From positions 186,001-250,000 of the forward strand of contig JBHGNT010000011.1 of assembly GCA_043228905.1 (NCBI GenBank): a DNA stretch of 64,000 nt, in the 5' to 3' direction. The stretch is from Azolla caroliniana. Taxonomy: Eukaryota; Plantae; Polypodiophyta. The notes beneath the pieces are model-generated. The model was given only the letters and a program-made list of their open reading frames with translations. It was not told where the DNA came from and made no database searches. This document shows, piece by piece, positions 23,386 to 36,400 of this stretch. Every line of letters starts with the position of its first letter. Within the stretch, counting starts at the first letter, position 1. A program made the translations under genes and the position numbers.

Positions 23386-23960
23386 TGTTGAGAAAGGAAT
23401 CGTCAATCCAGAAGAAAAGGAATATGCTGAAATACACAACTCAAAGACACAGAAAACAGTGTACACAGATTTAACGTGATAAAACCCTAAAGAGGGAGAA
23501 AAACCATGGAGAAAGGAGCTTCACTATACAACTACGAGATCAGAGTACAACACTTTCTACACAGTGGATATACAACTACGAGATCAGAGTACAACACTTT
23601 CTACACATAGTGTAAACAACCTCACAGGGCTCTTGGCGTACGTTGTTTCCAAACACAGCTATGGCGCCGCTCACTCACTCAAACTCGCACACACTCTCTT
23701 CTCAATAGAGCTACACTAAAGAGGCTCACACAACCACGCGCACACATGTTTTGTTTGCCCTAGCTGTATTTATACTAATACACAGAATGGGCTATTTACA
23801 ATCATGGCCATTATTATCTAATAATAGTAGTCTTACTAATCAGCCAACTCATTCGTCGATTGTCGGGTCGGTCCGATTGGTTGGCCCAACTAACCGTTCG
23901 TGTCTTCAACCTCGATCAATTCTCTCTGAGTCGACTCCTCAACCGAGCCGGCTCCTTCCA
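23386..23960 (-). repeat. LTR of the Tnt1/Tork-like family (copy of 39263-39802) with an internal duplication of about 45 bp
   Basis: Starts TGTTGAGAAAGGAATCGTC and is highly similar to 39263 onward. Confidence 0.85.
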
Positions 23961-23966
23961 AACCAT

Positions 23967-25191
23967 CTATGAATGACCTCGACAACATAGAAGACGATGA
24001 TCAACTAAGGTTAATACTCGCAAAGAGTCTGATCTCAACCAGATTGACTGGACCACAAGAGCCTCCGAGCAACCAAAGCACATCTCAGCCAAGTCCAAAG
24101 ATGGACAAAGGGAAGGCCAAAATGCCAGAATATGAAGACGATCACATCGACGGCAACGAAGCGACTCATCCACTCGATAGTGAGTTCAATGGCTTTGATG
24201 TGTCTCTTACGAGGTCACCCGGAGTTGAGAAAGCACTCACATCGGCAAATGAGAAACTCTGTCACTCCACCTGAGAGAAGAATCTGGTTAACCGATTCAG
24301 CTACAACGACTATATGGCATACCACTATGCCTTTATGATGAAGGTGGCACCAGTTCGAGAACCAGAGAGCTTTGCCAAAGCCGCTAAAGATCCGCGATGG
24401 GTCGAAGCGATGAACAAGGAGATGCAAGCTCTCAGCAAGAATGAGACATGGGATCTCGTCCCTCACTCACCGCACAAGAAGGCAATCGACTGCAAATGGA
24501 TATCCAAAGTGAAGTATAATATCGACGGTTCCGTCAACCGCTACAAAGCTCGACTTGTAGCAAAGGGCTACGCACAAACACAAGGCGTCGATTATGAAGA
24601 GACCTTTCCCCGGTGGCAAAGATGACAACCGTGCGAACCGTGATAGCGCTTGCATCAGTGAAAGGGTGGCACCTCCACCAGATGGATGTCAAGAACACTT
24701 TTCTTCAAGGCGAATTAGAAGAGGTGTACATGATACAATCACCCGGCTTCCAATCCAACATTCATCTGAAAGCCATATGCTAACTCAAGAAGCCCCTCTA
24801 CGGCCTTAAGCAAGCACCACGTGCTTGGCACTCGAAGATAACACAATATCTTCATCGAATCGGTTTCCGAATGTCAAAATCTGACAATTCTCTATATGTA
24901 AGAAGCGATTCTGAAAGTCCGATCGTCATCATCCTATACGTGGATGATTTGGTCATTGGAGGTGAGCATCTAGTCAACATCAACAAGGTCAAATCCCTCC
25001 TTTCCAACAAATTTGAGATGACGGACATGAAAGAGTTCCACTACTTCCTTGGCATCGAGGTAATTCGGACTACAGCTGGGATTATGATCTCCCAAAGACA
25101 CTACATTCTCAACTTATACAAGTTTGGGATGACTGAGTGTAAGTCTGTGGCAACACCTCTCGACTGAAACCTCAAACTAGATGCCAATTCC
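23967..25191 (+). pseudogene. Copia pol fragment (INT-RT linker and RT)
   Basis: MAYHYAFMMKV, KNETWDLV, YKARLVAKG, ILYVDDL. Confidence 0.85.
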
Positions 25192-25214
25192 GTTGTACAA
25201 GAATCACCATCGAT

Positions 25215-25927
25215 TATTTACAGTTAGTTTACCTCGTACATAGAGGGGTCATGATGCCATTTGTGTTGTCGTTGACAAACTAACAAAATTGGCTAGATTT
25301 ATTCCTACCAAAACAACGATAACCGTTGAACAATTCGCTTATCAATTTGTTGATGAGTTATTTCAATTTTATGGATTACCGATGGATATTGTTAGTGATT
25401 GAGATTCCAAGTTTACTAGTGACTTCTGGACTCAAGTCTTTAAGAAACTAGAAACTACGTTGAGCATGAGTTCCGCAGATCATCATCAATTTGATGGACA
25501 AACTAAACAAGTTAATCAAATTATTGAGGACACGCTTCGAGCTTATGTAGCAAAAACCCCTTCTAAGTGGGAGCAATACCTTCCTATCTTAGAATTGGCC
25601 TATAATAGCTCTAAACATACATCCACTAGATAGTCCTTTTATATTGATGATTATGGTTTTCAACCACGTGCCCCAGTCAATGTCACGATTCATCGTGATA
25701 CATTAGACAGTACACGCATTTTTTTGCAAGAGACAAACCAAATGTTGCATATTGCCAAAGAAAATGTCAAGACAGCTCAAGATCGTGCTCGATTTTATGT
25801 TGATCAGGAGAGACGTCCTCATGCATTTACTATTGGTCAAAAAGTTTTTTTGCGTGTCCTTACTGACTCTACATCATTGTCTACGGGCAAGTCCACTAAG
25901 TTAACCCCATGATATTGTGGCCCCATG
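25215..25927 (+). pseudogene. Ty3/Gypsy integrase fragment
   Basis: DAICVVVDKLTK, YGLPMDIVSD, KFTSDFW, DGQTKQVNQ, LELAYNSS, GQKVFLRV. Confidence 0.82.
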
Positions 25928-27937
25928 ATCGATCTTAATAGCTCTGCCAACTCAGACTCATAGTCGATCGGTCTCTCCGAGCCAACCAACTCAAATTCGT
26001 CTATGTCGATTAGCTGTCTCCGAAAAACTAATTGTGTCGGTTCACTTAGCCTCAAGTTGATAGTAGTGGAGGTTAACTAGTTAGTCAATTCCGACTTTTG
26101 TTGCTTCCAGTCCTCTATGGTTTTGTTTTCTAAGAAGACTATGTCCCGACTCCTCACTACCTTCTTGTTGACTAGGTCCCATGGCTTATAACCAAACTCA
26201 TCTTTTGAGTATCCCATGAATATGCATGGTTTCAACTTATTGTCAAGCTTTGACCTCTGATCCTCAACTACATGCATGTACACTAGGCATCCGAACACCC
26301 TTAGGTGTCGGTAGGAGACATCCTTTCCTATCCACACCCTTTGTGGGACATCACCTTTCAACGGTACTAAGGGGGACTTGTTGATCAAATAAACAGCCGT
26401 GTACATCGGCTCATCCCAGTATATTTTCAGTAGTTTAGCATGCGACAACATGCTCCTTACTCTCTCCATGATTGTTCGATTTATCCTCTCTACAAGCTCG
26501 TTCAACTCAATGGTCTTCAGCACTGTGTATTCGATTCGAATACCTTGGGCCTTGCAATATTTTTCGAATTGCCCTTTATATTCGCCACCATTGTCGGTTC
26601 AGACAACTTTCATCTTCTGACCTGACTCCCGTTCAACTCTTGCCCACAACTTCCGATTGTAATTGTCGATGAAAGTCACAAAGTATTGTCCGCCTCGATG
26701 CGACGGAGCATTTGCATGTGTGTACTAGTTCCAGTGCAACTTCTCTTCTTCTTGGTGGCTGTGTGTGGAATGCCGCTCTGTTCTGCTTTTCGAGTAAGCA
26801 GTCAACGCACTTCTCCAAGTGCACTCCCTTTACTTCTGGTCGGCCAATAGATGCATTCCCTTCTCACTCATGTGGCCTAGCCTCTTATACCATATCTATC
26901 CTGCCGAGTCGGCTGCCACATTCACTTCCGACTTGCACAGTCGAGCTTGCATCATATACAATGTGCCTTCCTTCTGTGCTTAGGCTACAATAAGGTTTCC
27001 TCAGCAGAATTTCCACTTGCCATTCCAAAAACTATTAGTCTAGCCTTCATCGTTCAGTCTTCCAGTTGATATCAAATTCAATATGATATCAAGGACGTGT
27101 CGAACTGTTGAGAGACAAGCTCAACATCGGCCGGTTCGGCTGAAGAAGCCGAGGATCGGATCGGTTGGGACCAATCGGCTAGGCCGAGTGCGTAAACCGG
27201 GAGGTCGTTAGGAAAGATATTCCGTGAGGAATATATTTGGGAGTTAGTGTAGGAGCTCTTGATGAGCATTGAAGTACTGTCAGTACTTCGGTCAGTCCTT
27301 CTAGGACTTGTATAAAAGTGCTCACTAAGCACGTCTTATGTACAGATTGAGTATTATTGTTGAATATAGTTTTTTGTGTTTCTCTCTCTGTCTCTCCCGC
27401 GTATACTGCGTAAGCCCAAGCTCTCCATTAAACCTGAGTTTTCTCTCTTCTGTTCGGTCTTCATACTTGCTTCCGCACGTTTCTTTCTACATGGTATCAG
27501 AGCGCGAGGGTTGAGAACCTCTCTGCAGCCGACATAGCTTGACGAAGAAGAACAAGAAGAACGATGGATAGAGGCATGGCGAGCTCGCTTCCAACAGAGA
27601 AGCTCGACAGAACCAACTACGCGTCTTGGTCCTACAAGATGCACCAGTACCTGCTCGGGCATGGCTACTGGAGTTATGTCGAAGGAGCTAATGACGCGGC
27701 ACCCGAATCGACACACAGAGACTTCCCGTCGTGGGAGCAATCGGCGAGCAGGGTATTGTACTACTTCGCGTCGTGTGTGGGCGAACAACTATTGAGCTAT
27801 GTTCGGGATGCAAAGACGCCAAAGGGTGCGTGGGAAAATCTGAAGAAGATTTTCACCGCGAGCACCACAGCCAGGAAGCTTCAACTCCGACAGGAGTTGA
27901 GCAACGTACGACAACGCGACTTGTCGGTGGCAGACTA

Positions 27938-30900
27938 TGTTATGAAAACGTGAAGAAGGCACTCGGGCTCTTCTTATGTGCGCGACAGATCGTGGTGTGC
28001 TAGATTGTTTAGTGCTCAAACACAGAAGGGAAAGGGGAAGGAGACTTACCTCTGTAGCAGCCAAAACTTCTTCTATTTCATTATATGCGGAGCTCTACTT
28101 GCTCTCGTCTGTTTCTCTCTTCTTGCTCTCACTCTCTGAGCTCTTCCTCTCTTTCCTCACTCTCTCTCTCAGAGTTCTACTTCCTGTATTTCTTCTTCTT
28201 TACTTACTCTCTTACTTTCTACCTAAGTAATAAGTTACTTACGTATGTAGCTAATTAGCTGCCTGTAGCTAATTAGCTGTCAGTGGCTAAATAGCTGTCA
28301 GTAGCTAATTAGCTGTCAGCAGCTAAATAGCTGTCAGTAGCTAATTAGCTGTTTCTCCTTTATGTTCACAAGTAGCTAAATAGCTACTATAGCTTATTTC
28401 CCAATAAGCATCACATACCATGTTGAGCTTGCTTCTCAACACTCCCCCTCAAGCTCAACTTATCCTTTCTTGGGGTTATCTACAACTTCTTTTCCATGAT
28501 GCTTTTCAGCCATCATATCAATGTCTACAACTCCCATCATGTTCCGAAACTGTGTATGCTTTTCCACACTCAATCCCTTTGTGAGAATATCAGCAACCTG
28601 CTGATTTGTATTCACATACACCAGATCAACTTCTCCTTCAATCACTTTTTCTCTAACAAAGTGATAATGCACTTCAATGTGCTTTGTTCTTGCATGGAAC
28701 ACTGGGTTCTTTGCAAGCTGAATGCTGCTCATGTTGTCACAGCAGATTGTGACAGTACCATCTATATACTCTCCCAAATCAACAAGCAATCTTCTGATCC
28801 ATACCTCTTCACAAGTGGCTATGGCAGCTCCTCTATACTCAGCTTCAGTACTAGACAATGCAACAGTAGCATGTTTCTTGCTACTCCATGAAATACCTGC
28901 ACTTCCCAATGTAAAGATATATCCACTTGTGGATCTTCTATCTGTTTGGCTTCCAGCCCAATCAGCATCTGTATATCCTTCCAGATTTATGTCCAAATCA
29001 GCCATGTAAAACAATCCATAGTTCTGAGTAGCTTTTACATACCTCAGAATTCTTCTAATGCAGTCCAAATGCGGCTTTGTTGGCTGTTGCATAAATTGGT
29101 TGACTAATCCAACTGCATAACTCAAATCAGGTCTTGTTATGGTCAAATAAATAAGGCTGCCCACCATAGACATGTACATGTTTACATCTTCTATTTTGGC
29201 TCCCAAATCAACCCTCAATTTGCAGTTTTTATCTAGTGGTACTCCAATAGGTTTGCATCCAAGCATACCATACTTTTTCAACATAGTTGTTGCATATTGT
29301 CTTTGCAACACACATATACCACTTCCAGATCTGATGATTTCAATACCCAAAAAATATCTCAGATCTCCCAAATCTTTCATATGAAATTTCATTTCCAAAT
29401 TTCTTTTCAGCTTACTTATCTCATCCATGAAATCACCTCCAATGATGAGATCATCAACATAAATCAGAATCACAACAATACACTCATCTTTCCTTTTAAC
29501 ATACAATGATGAATCGGCCTTTGATATTTTGAAGTCAAGTTTTTTCAGATAATCTGAAAGTTCTCTGTGCCATGTTCTTGGTGCCTGTTTCAGTCCATAA
29601 AGAGCCTTTTTCAGCTTACATACATAATCTGAATGCTTCCTATCTTCAAAGCGTGGTGGTTGACACATATACACTTCTTCTTCCAAGTTACCATGTAAGA
29701 AGGCATTTTTTACATCCATATGATGAAGAAACCATCTTTTGGCTGCACCTACAGCCAGTAATGTCCTCAATGTTGCCATCTTTGCAACCGGTGCAAATGT
29801 CTCATCATAATCAATTCCTTGCATTTGGGCATATCCCTTTGCAACCAATCTTGCTTTATGTCTACTTACATTCCCACTGGAATCATGCTTTGTCTTGTAG
29901 ACCCATTTGCAACCTACCACATTTTTTCCTTTTGGTAACTTCACCAAATCCCATGTTTTGTTTTCAGCCAATGCATCAATCTCTTCTTGCATTGCATCCA
30001 CCCATTTCTTCTCAGTTTTAGCCTCATCAAAACTACTTGGATCAGGGATCTGTACCACCTTAGACATATATGCATAATGCATAGCCATGTATGTATCATT
30101 ACCAAATCTTTCAACAGTTTTTTTCTCTCTATCTGATCTTCTTAGTTTCTGATTTGCATCCTTCAATGCTTTTTCCATACCAGGGATTTTCAAACCTCTT
30201 ATACCAAGAAGATCATCCAATGACACATCTGAATCCTCATCTTCCATGTTTTTAGACAAGTCATCCAACATTTCATACTCTGGCATTTTCTATTTTCCTT
30301 TTTTATCATCACATTTTTTGTGTCCTCCACTTTTTCCACTCCAAGAATTCGAATTAGATTTACCATCTGAGCTTTTTGATGGTCCAGAACATTCTGTTGA
30401 TGTTGGACTTTGCTGTCCAACCTTGCTTCCATCTCTGTGGCAGTCTTCTACATTTTCAGATTTGTCTTTGTCTTCAATCTCATTGTCTTCATCAGTCTCT
30501 GGATTCTGTTTTGGACTATACCAGCTGGCTAACTCATCAAAGATTACATCCCTACTTGTCACAATCTTCTTTGTTACAGGGTTATAGCATCGATATCCTT
30601 TTTGTTCTTCTGAATAGCCAACAAAAATACATTTTTCTGCTTTTGGATCCAAATTACTTCTTACTTCTGTAGGCACATGTACATATGCAAGGCATCCAAA
30701 CACTTTTAAGTGTTCTAAACTAGGTTTCCTTCCATAGAAACACTCTTCAAGAGTTGCTTCATGTACTCCCGATGTTATACATCTATTTAGAATATAATTT
30801 GCTGTATTTACAGCTTCTGCCCAATAGTACAATGGCATATTCTTCTCTGTCATCAAAGCCCTTGCAATGTTCACCAATGTTCTGTTTTTCCTCTCAGCAA

Positions 30901-33436
30901 CTCCATTTTGCTGTGGAGTATATCTACATGTGAACTGTCTTCTTATTCCCTGATTGCATAGAAAATTAGAAAATTCATTGGAGAAATACTCTCCTCCTCC
31001 ATCAGATCTTAAACATTTTATTCTTGTACCTGCCTGCTTTTCTACCATGCATTTAAACTTACGAAAACATTCAAACACTTCACTTTTCTCTTTCATGAAG
31101 TACACCCATGTTTTCCTTGAGCAATCATCAATAAAAGTTACATAAAATCTGCAGCCACCGATAGATGCATTCTTAGTTGGTCCCCATACATCCGTATGTA
31201 CCAAATCCAACAAATTTTTACTTACATGTCTTTAATGAGGGAATGGCAACCTATTTTGCTTTCCATATTGACATGCTTCACATATCTTTCCCATTTCACA
31301 ATTTTTCAGTTTTGGCAGTCCAACCACTGCATCTTTTCTCAACATATTCTTTAGGGTTTGCATACTTATGTGGCCAATCCTTTTATGCCACATTTCCACA
31401 TCTGAGACTACACTCATTCCATTTGCAAACATAGCTGAAATCTGTCTAGGCATGTCAACATCCAAAATAAACATTCTTCCTTGTCGTTTTCCTTTTGCAA
31501 TGAGCTTCCCATTCTTTTCTATATAGCATCCACTTTGCTTAAACTTTACTTGCATACCTTGCTCTACTATCTGTCCAACAGAAATCAGATTCTTAGCAAG
31601 ATTTGGAACATGCATTACATTCAATATATACTTAGTCTTTCCTTTTTCTTCCCACAATGGGATATCTCCAACATGTTCTATTTGGTGTGTACTATTATCA
31701 CCCGTCTGTACATAGCCAGGAATCTCTAGTTCTCTTAACCTTTCAAACTAGTTTGCATGTCCAGTCATATGGTTAGATGCCCCCGAGTCTACATACCATG
31801 TAAACTCTTCATTACATTTCTGTGAGCATTCAGCCACTGCTGCTATCTCATGTTGTACCACAAATGCACCATCTTTTTCGCAATCTTCACTAGTTTGGGC
31901 ATAGTTATTCTGTTGTCTCTTTCCTCTTAGCTCATCATTTTGCTTCTTGTAGCATTCAGCCTGTGTGTGGCCTGGTTTTCCACAATACCAACAACCATCA
32001 TCATTTACATATGTTTGCTTACCTCTACCTTGGTTGCTCCCCCTGCCTCTGTTGTTGTTTCTTCCTCTAATGGTTTGTTGTCCTCTTCCTTGTTAACCAT
32101 TATTGTTGGTTCTTGCTGAGCCAAATCTTCCATGGCCTCTTCCTCTGCCTCTTCCGGCACTATTATATAGGGCTTGCCCCTCATTCTCAAGATTTCCTTT
32201 ATTTACTTCATCCATCTGATTCCTTTCTTCTACTACAAGCATTGAAACCAAATCTGGAAAACTTGGGATACTATCCCTTGTAAGCATAGAGGTTTTAAAG
32301 CTTTTGTATTGAGGTCCTAAGCCTCTTAAGCATATTTCTACCTTATCATCATCTTCTATCTTTACATTGATAGAAGCAAGTGATTCACATATGCTCTTTA
32401 TTTTCAAGGCATACTCATTTATTGACATCTTACCTTTTTCTAAGGTATTTAGCTCAGTCTTCAACTGTAGCTTTCTAGCTTTTGTGTTTACTGCAAACAA
32501 TTTTACCAAACTGTCTCAAGCTTCTTTTGGGAGCATAGCATCTTGTATGTGCCCAAGCATCAAATCTGAGATGCTAAGTGAGAGCCAATGCATTACCTTC
32601 CTTGCCCCTTGATTCCAGTCTTTGAATGCTTTAATCTGTGTTGCTGTGGCATTTTCTTCTGGGATCTCCAGAGCCTCTTCTAGGTCTCCTTCAATGTAAT
32701 CCCAGTATCCTTTCCCCATTAGGAAATTTGTCATCCTAAATTTCCACGCCAGGAAATTGTTTTTATCTAGTTTCTCTGTAACTATTTGGCCCGCATTCTC
32801 TGCAGCCATTATCTCTTCCAAACAAGGGTTTCTGCTACGATTACTTCAACAAGTAACTTTCTGATTCAGATCAGCAAACAGAGAAATACCTTTCTCAGAT
32901 CTATGCACTTTTGTACTCTTCTTTATGAGCAACTCTGCTCTGATACCATGTTAAGAAAACGTGAAGAAGGCACTCGGGCTCTTCTTATGTGCGCGACAGA
33001 TCGTGGTGTGCTAGATCGTTTAGTGCTCAAACACAGAAGGGAAAGGGGAAGGAGACTTACCTCTGTAGCAGCCAAAACTTCTTCTATTTCATTATATGCG
33101 GAGCTCTACTTGCTCTCGTCTGTTTCTCTCTTCTTGCTCTCACTCTCTGAGCTCTTCCTCTCTTTCCTCACTCTCTCTCTCTCAGAGTTCTACTTCCTGT
33201 ATTTCTTCTTCTTTACTTACTCTCTTACTTTCTACCTAAGTAATAAGTTACTTACGTATGCAGCTAATTAGCTGTCTGTAGCTAATTAGCTGTCAGTCGC
33301 TAAATAGTTGTCAGTCGCTAAATAGCTGTCAGTAGCTAATTAGTTGTTTCTCCTTTATGTTCACAAGTAGCTAAATAGCTACTATAGCTTATTTCCCAAT
33401 AAGCATCACATACCATGTTGAGCTTGCTTCTCAACA
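27938..33436 (-). mobile_element. Full-length Copia (family C, AT-rich) nested in gag of family B; LTRs 27938-28441 and 32949-33436; TSD GACTA
   Basis: PBS 32937-32948; PPT at 28442-28449; gag, INT (30290-31213) and RT-RH (28460-30286) with few lesions; LTRs carry AGCTAATTAGCT repeats. Confidence 0.95.
28460..30286 (-). CDS. pol: Copia RT-RNase H segment of family C (upstream polyprotein interrupted)
   Basis: 608-aa ORF with KARLVAKG, IYVDDL, YTDADWAG, HARTKHIEVHYHF. Confidence 0.88.
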   Translation of the reverse strand: MPEYEMLDDLSKNMEDEDSDVSLDDLLGIRGLKIPGMEKALKDANQKLRRSDREKKTVERFGNDTYMAMHYAYMSKVVQIPDPSSFDEAKTEKKWVDAMQEEIDALAENKTWDLVKLPKGKNVVGCKWVYKTKHDSSGNVSRHKARLVAKGYAQMQGIDYDETFAPVAKMATLRTLLAVGAAKRWFLHHMDVKNAFLHGNLEEEVYMCQPPRFEDRKHSDYVCKLKKALYGLKQAPRTWHRELSDYLKKLDFKISKADSSLYVKRKDECIVVILIYVDDLIIGGDFMDEISKLKRNLEMKFHMKDLGDLRYFLGIEIIRSGSGICVLQRQYATTMLKKYGMLGCKPIGVPLDKNCKLRVDLGAKIEDVNMYMSMVGSLIYLTITRPDLSYAVGLVNQFMQQPTKPHLDCIRRILRYVKATQNYGLFYMADLDINLEGYTDADWAGSQTDRRSTSGYIFTLGSAGISWSSKKHATVALSSTEAEYRGAAIATCEEVWIRRLLVDLGEYIDGTVTICCDNMSSIQLAKNPVFHARTKHIEVHYHFVREKVIEGEVDLVYVNTNQQVADILTKGLSVEKHTQFRNMMGVVDIDMMAEKHHGKEVVDNPKKG

Positions 33437-33487
33437 GACTATACCTCGAAGATCAAGGATATCTGCGACTCCCTCGCTTCCATAGAG

Positions 33488-36400
33488 GTGAACATCGAGG
33501 AGAGCGAGATGGTTCAGATCTGTCTCGGAGGTTTGGCGTCGAAGTTTGGAGCGTTCCGAACGGCTGTGTGTACCCAGGAGAATACGTCGTCCTTTTTCGA
33601 CTTACAGTCGATGCTCCTGGTAGAGAACCACGCGGGTGCGTCTACAAGCATGCACACCGACAGCAGAATGTTGTACACGGAGGGAGATAGGCCCCGTGGA
33701 CGTGGAGGACGAGGCGAGTCAGCACGCAATGGAGGCGGCCGACGTGATCAAGAAAGAAGGCACCGAAGTGATGCCAACAGCAATTCCGGACCCTCCGGAA
33801 ACAAAGGGAGTCGAAGCGATGAGAACCGGCAAGGGAAGTCCATCACGGAGTGCTGGTACTATGGCAAGAAAGGCCATAGGGAAAGCGAGTGCTGGAAGAA
33901 GTGCGCCGATTCGGAGAGAACTGGTTCCGGGAACGGCTCCAGACATACCGACAAGGGAAATCGGCAGCGATCGCACTACGCCGAAGACTCCGGGAGAGCC
34001 GGAGAAGGGACCGCCTTCGTGACGAGACACGAAGCAAACTCAATGAAGCAGACCACCCCGAGATCGGACGAGGTGTGGTACGTAGACTCCGGCGCGTCAA
34101 ACCACATGACGAGCCATAAGGAGTGGTTCTCGTACCTTGAAAAGTCGATACAACTTGGAGTAGTCGCAACAGGAGACGACACTCCGCATCTGATCGCGAA
34201 TGTCGGAGAGGTTCCCCTTAGCCATGTCGGGCAGAAAGGGAAACTCATGAACGTGTTGCACGTTCCGACAATCACGAAAAACTTGGTCTCGGTCGGACAG
34301 ATCGTCGACCAAGGGATGGAGGTTCGGTTTACACACCTCGGGTGCTTCATTCAGGAAGAAGGTCGTGTGATTGTGCAAGGGCGCAGAGATGGGAGGATGT
34401 TCATCCTTGACTCCACTGACGGCGGCACCGCAATGTTCGCGAAAGGACAAAAGACCGAGTCGGACATCGACTTGTGGCACAAGCGGATAGGCCACGTCAA
34501 CCACCAACGGCTTCAAGATCTGCAATCGAAACAGGTAGTGTTTGGATTGCCCAAATTTAGTGGCCGAAAGGCACAAATTTGTGAAGCCTACCAGCTCGGG
34601 AAGCAACACCGACTTCCTTTCCCCAACGAGCGAAACCGGAGCCGGAACAAGCTCGACCTTATACACTCCGATGTATGGGGGCCGGCACAAAACGTTAGTC
34701 TTGGCGGGAGCCGATATTTCGTCTCCTTCATCGACGACCACACGCGGCACACGTGGATCTACCTCATTGAGAGGAAGAGCGAAGTCTTCGACTGTTTCCG
34801 AGACCTCAAAGGGTTCGTGGAAGCCGAAACGGGACAAAAGATCAAGTGCTTGCGGTCGGATGGCGGGAAAGAGTACTTTTCCGGTCAATTCAACGGTTAT
34901 CTACAACAAATGGGAATTCGGCGCGAATTCAGTTGTAGATACACGTCAGAGCAGAACGGCGTGGCCGAGAGAAAGAATCGGTCGATTGTGGAAGCGGCAA
35001 GGGCGATGCTGGAGGAGAAGAGCTTGCCCAAGTTCTACTGGGTCGAGGTGGTAAGGACCGCGGTATACATCCAGAACCGGATCGGAGACAAAGTGTCAGC
35101 GCACGAGCTATATTTCGGAACGAAGCCGAACTTGCGACACTTGAGGGTGTTCGGTAGCATTACGTATGTGCATGTACCGAAGGAGAAAAGGAGGAAGCTG
35201 GACGTAAAGGCCGAGAAATGCATCTTGGTCGGTTACTCGGACGAGCAGAAGGGTTATAAGTGCTATAACCCTCGCACCAAACAAGCGCGTGTCAGCCGCG
35301 ACGTGGTGTTTGACGAGTCCGCGTCCTGGTACCTGCCCCCGACTACGAACCTAGACTCCAATCCGAGTTCTGACGATGAGGTCAGCGAGGCCGAGATGCC
35401 TCCGAATGAGCCCGAAATCGAGACCCGCGAAGAGAGTCTGATTTCACTCCGGTTAAGTGGACCGATTGGACGAGTGAGTCGGTACGACCAGTCCGATGAA
35501 GAGCCGGCGAGTAGTGGAGACTCGGCCGTGCATTCCCCGCGCATGAAGCCGAGGAGACGGCTTACGCGCAAAGAGAAAGGGAAGAAGGTGTCGGATTCCG
35601 GCACGGAAAGGAACGAGTCAGACCGACGCGAGTCCGACTCCGAGGGAACCGGTGACAGGTCTTTAAAGATGAAGACCGCGTCGATCGAGAAGGCCTCGAC
35701 ATCGGTTAATGTGACATTACGCCGATCTACCCGCCAGAAGAATCCTGTTTTGCGGTTCGGATACAACGAGTACATGGCGCATCATTATGCGTACATGACC
35801 TGTGTAGCGGAAGTGCGTGAGCCGGAGATCTACGCAAAAGCGGCGAAGGACACGAATTGGCGCGTCGCGATGGAGGAAGAGATGCATGCATTGGCGGAGA
35901 ACGAGACCTGGGACCTGGTTGACGCACCGAAGGGTGTGAAGCCGATCGGGTGTAGATGGGTGTACAAAGTCAAGTACAACACCGATGGCTCGTTCAACCG
36001 GTACACGGCTCGGCTAATGGCAAAGGGCTACGCGCAGAAACACGGCATCGACTACGATGAGACGTTTGCGCCGGTCGCGAAAATGACGATCGTCCGTGTT
36101 TTGCTCGCAGTAGCGCGGCCAAGGGGTGGCACCTGTAAAGAATGCGTTCCTGCAAGGTGACCTTGAGGAACAGGTGTACATGGTACAGCCCCCCGGATTT
36201 CACTCTGGAACGAACTCCTCGGCAATATGCCGACTGAAGAAGTCCCTTTACAGACTGAAGCAAGCCCTGCGTGCCTGGAACGCGAAGATCACGCAACAAC
36301 TGCGTCGGTTGGGCTTCGTCACGTCAAAATCAGACTCTTCCCTGTTCATTCGGAAAGGTCGACTCGGACCGGTTAGTATTTTACTGTATGTTGATGACTT

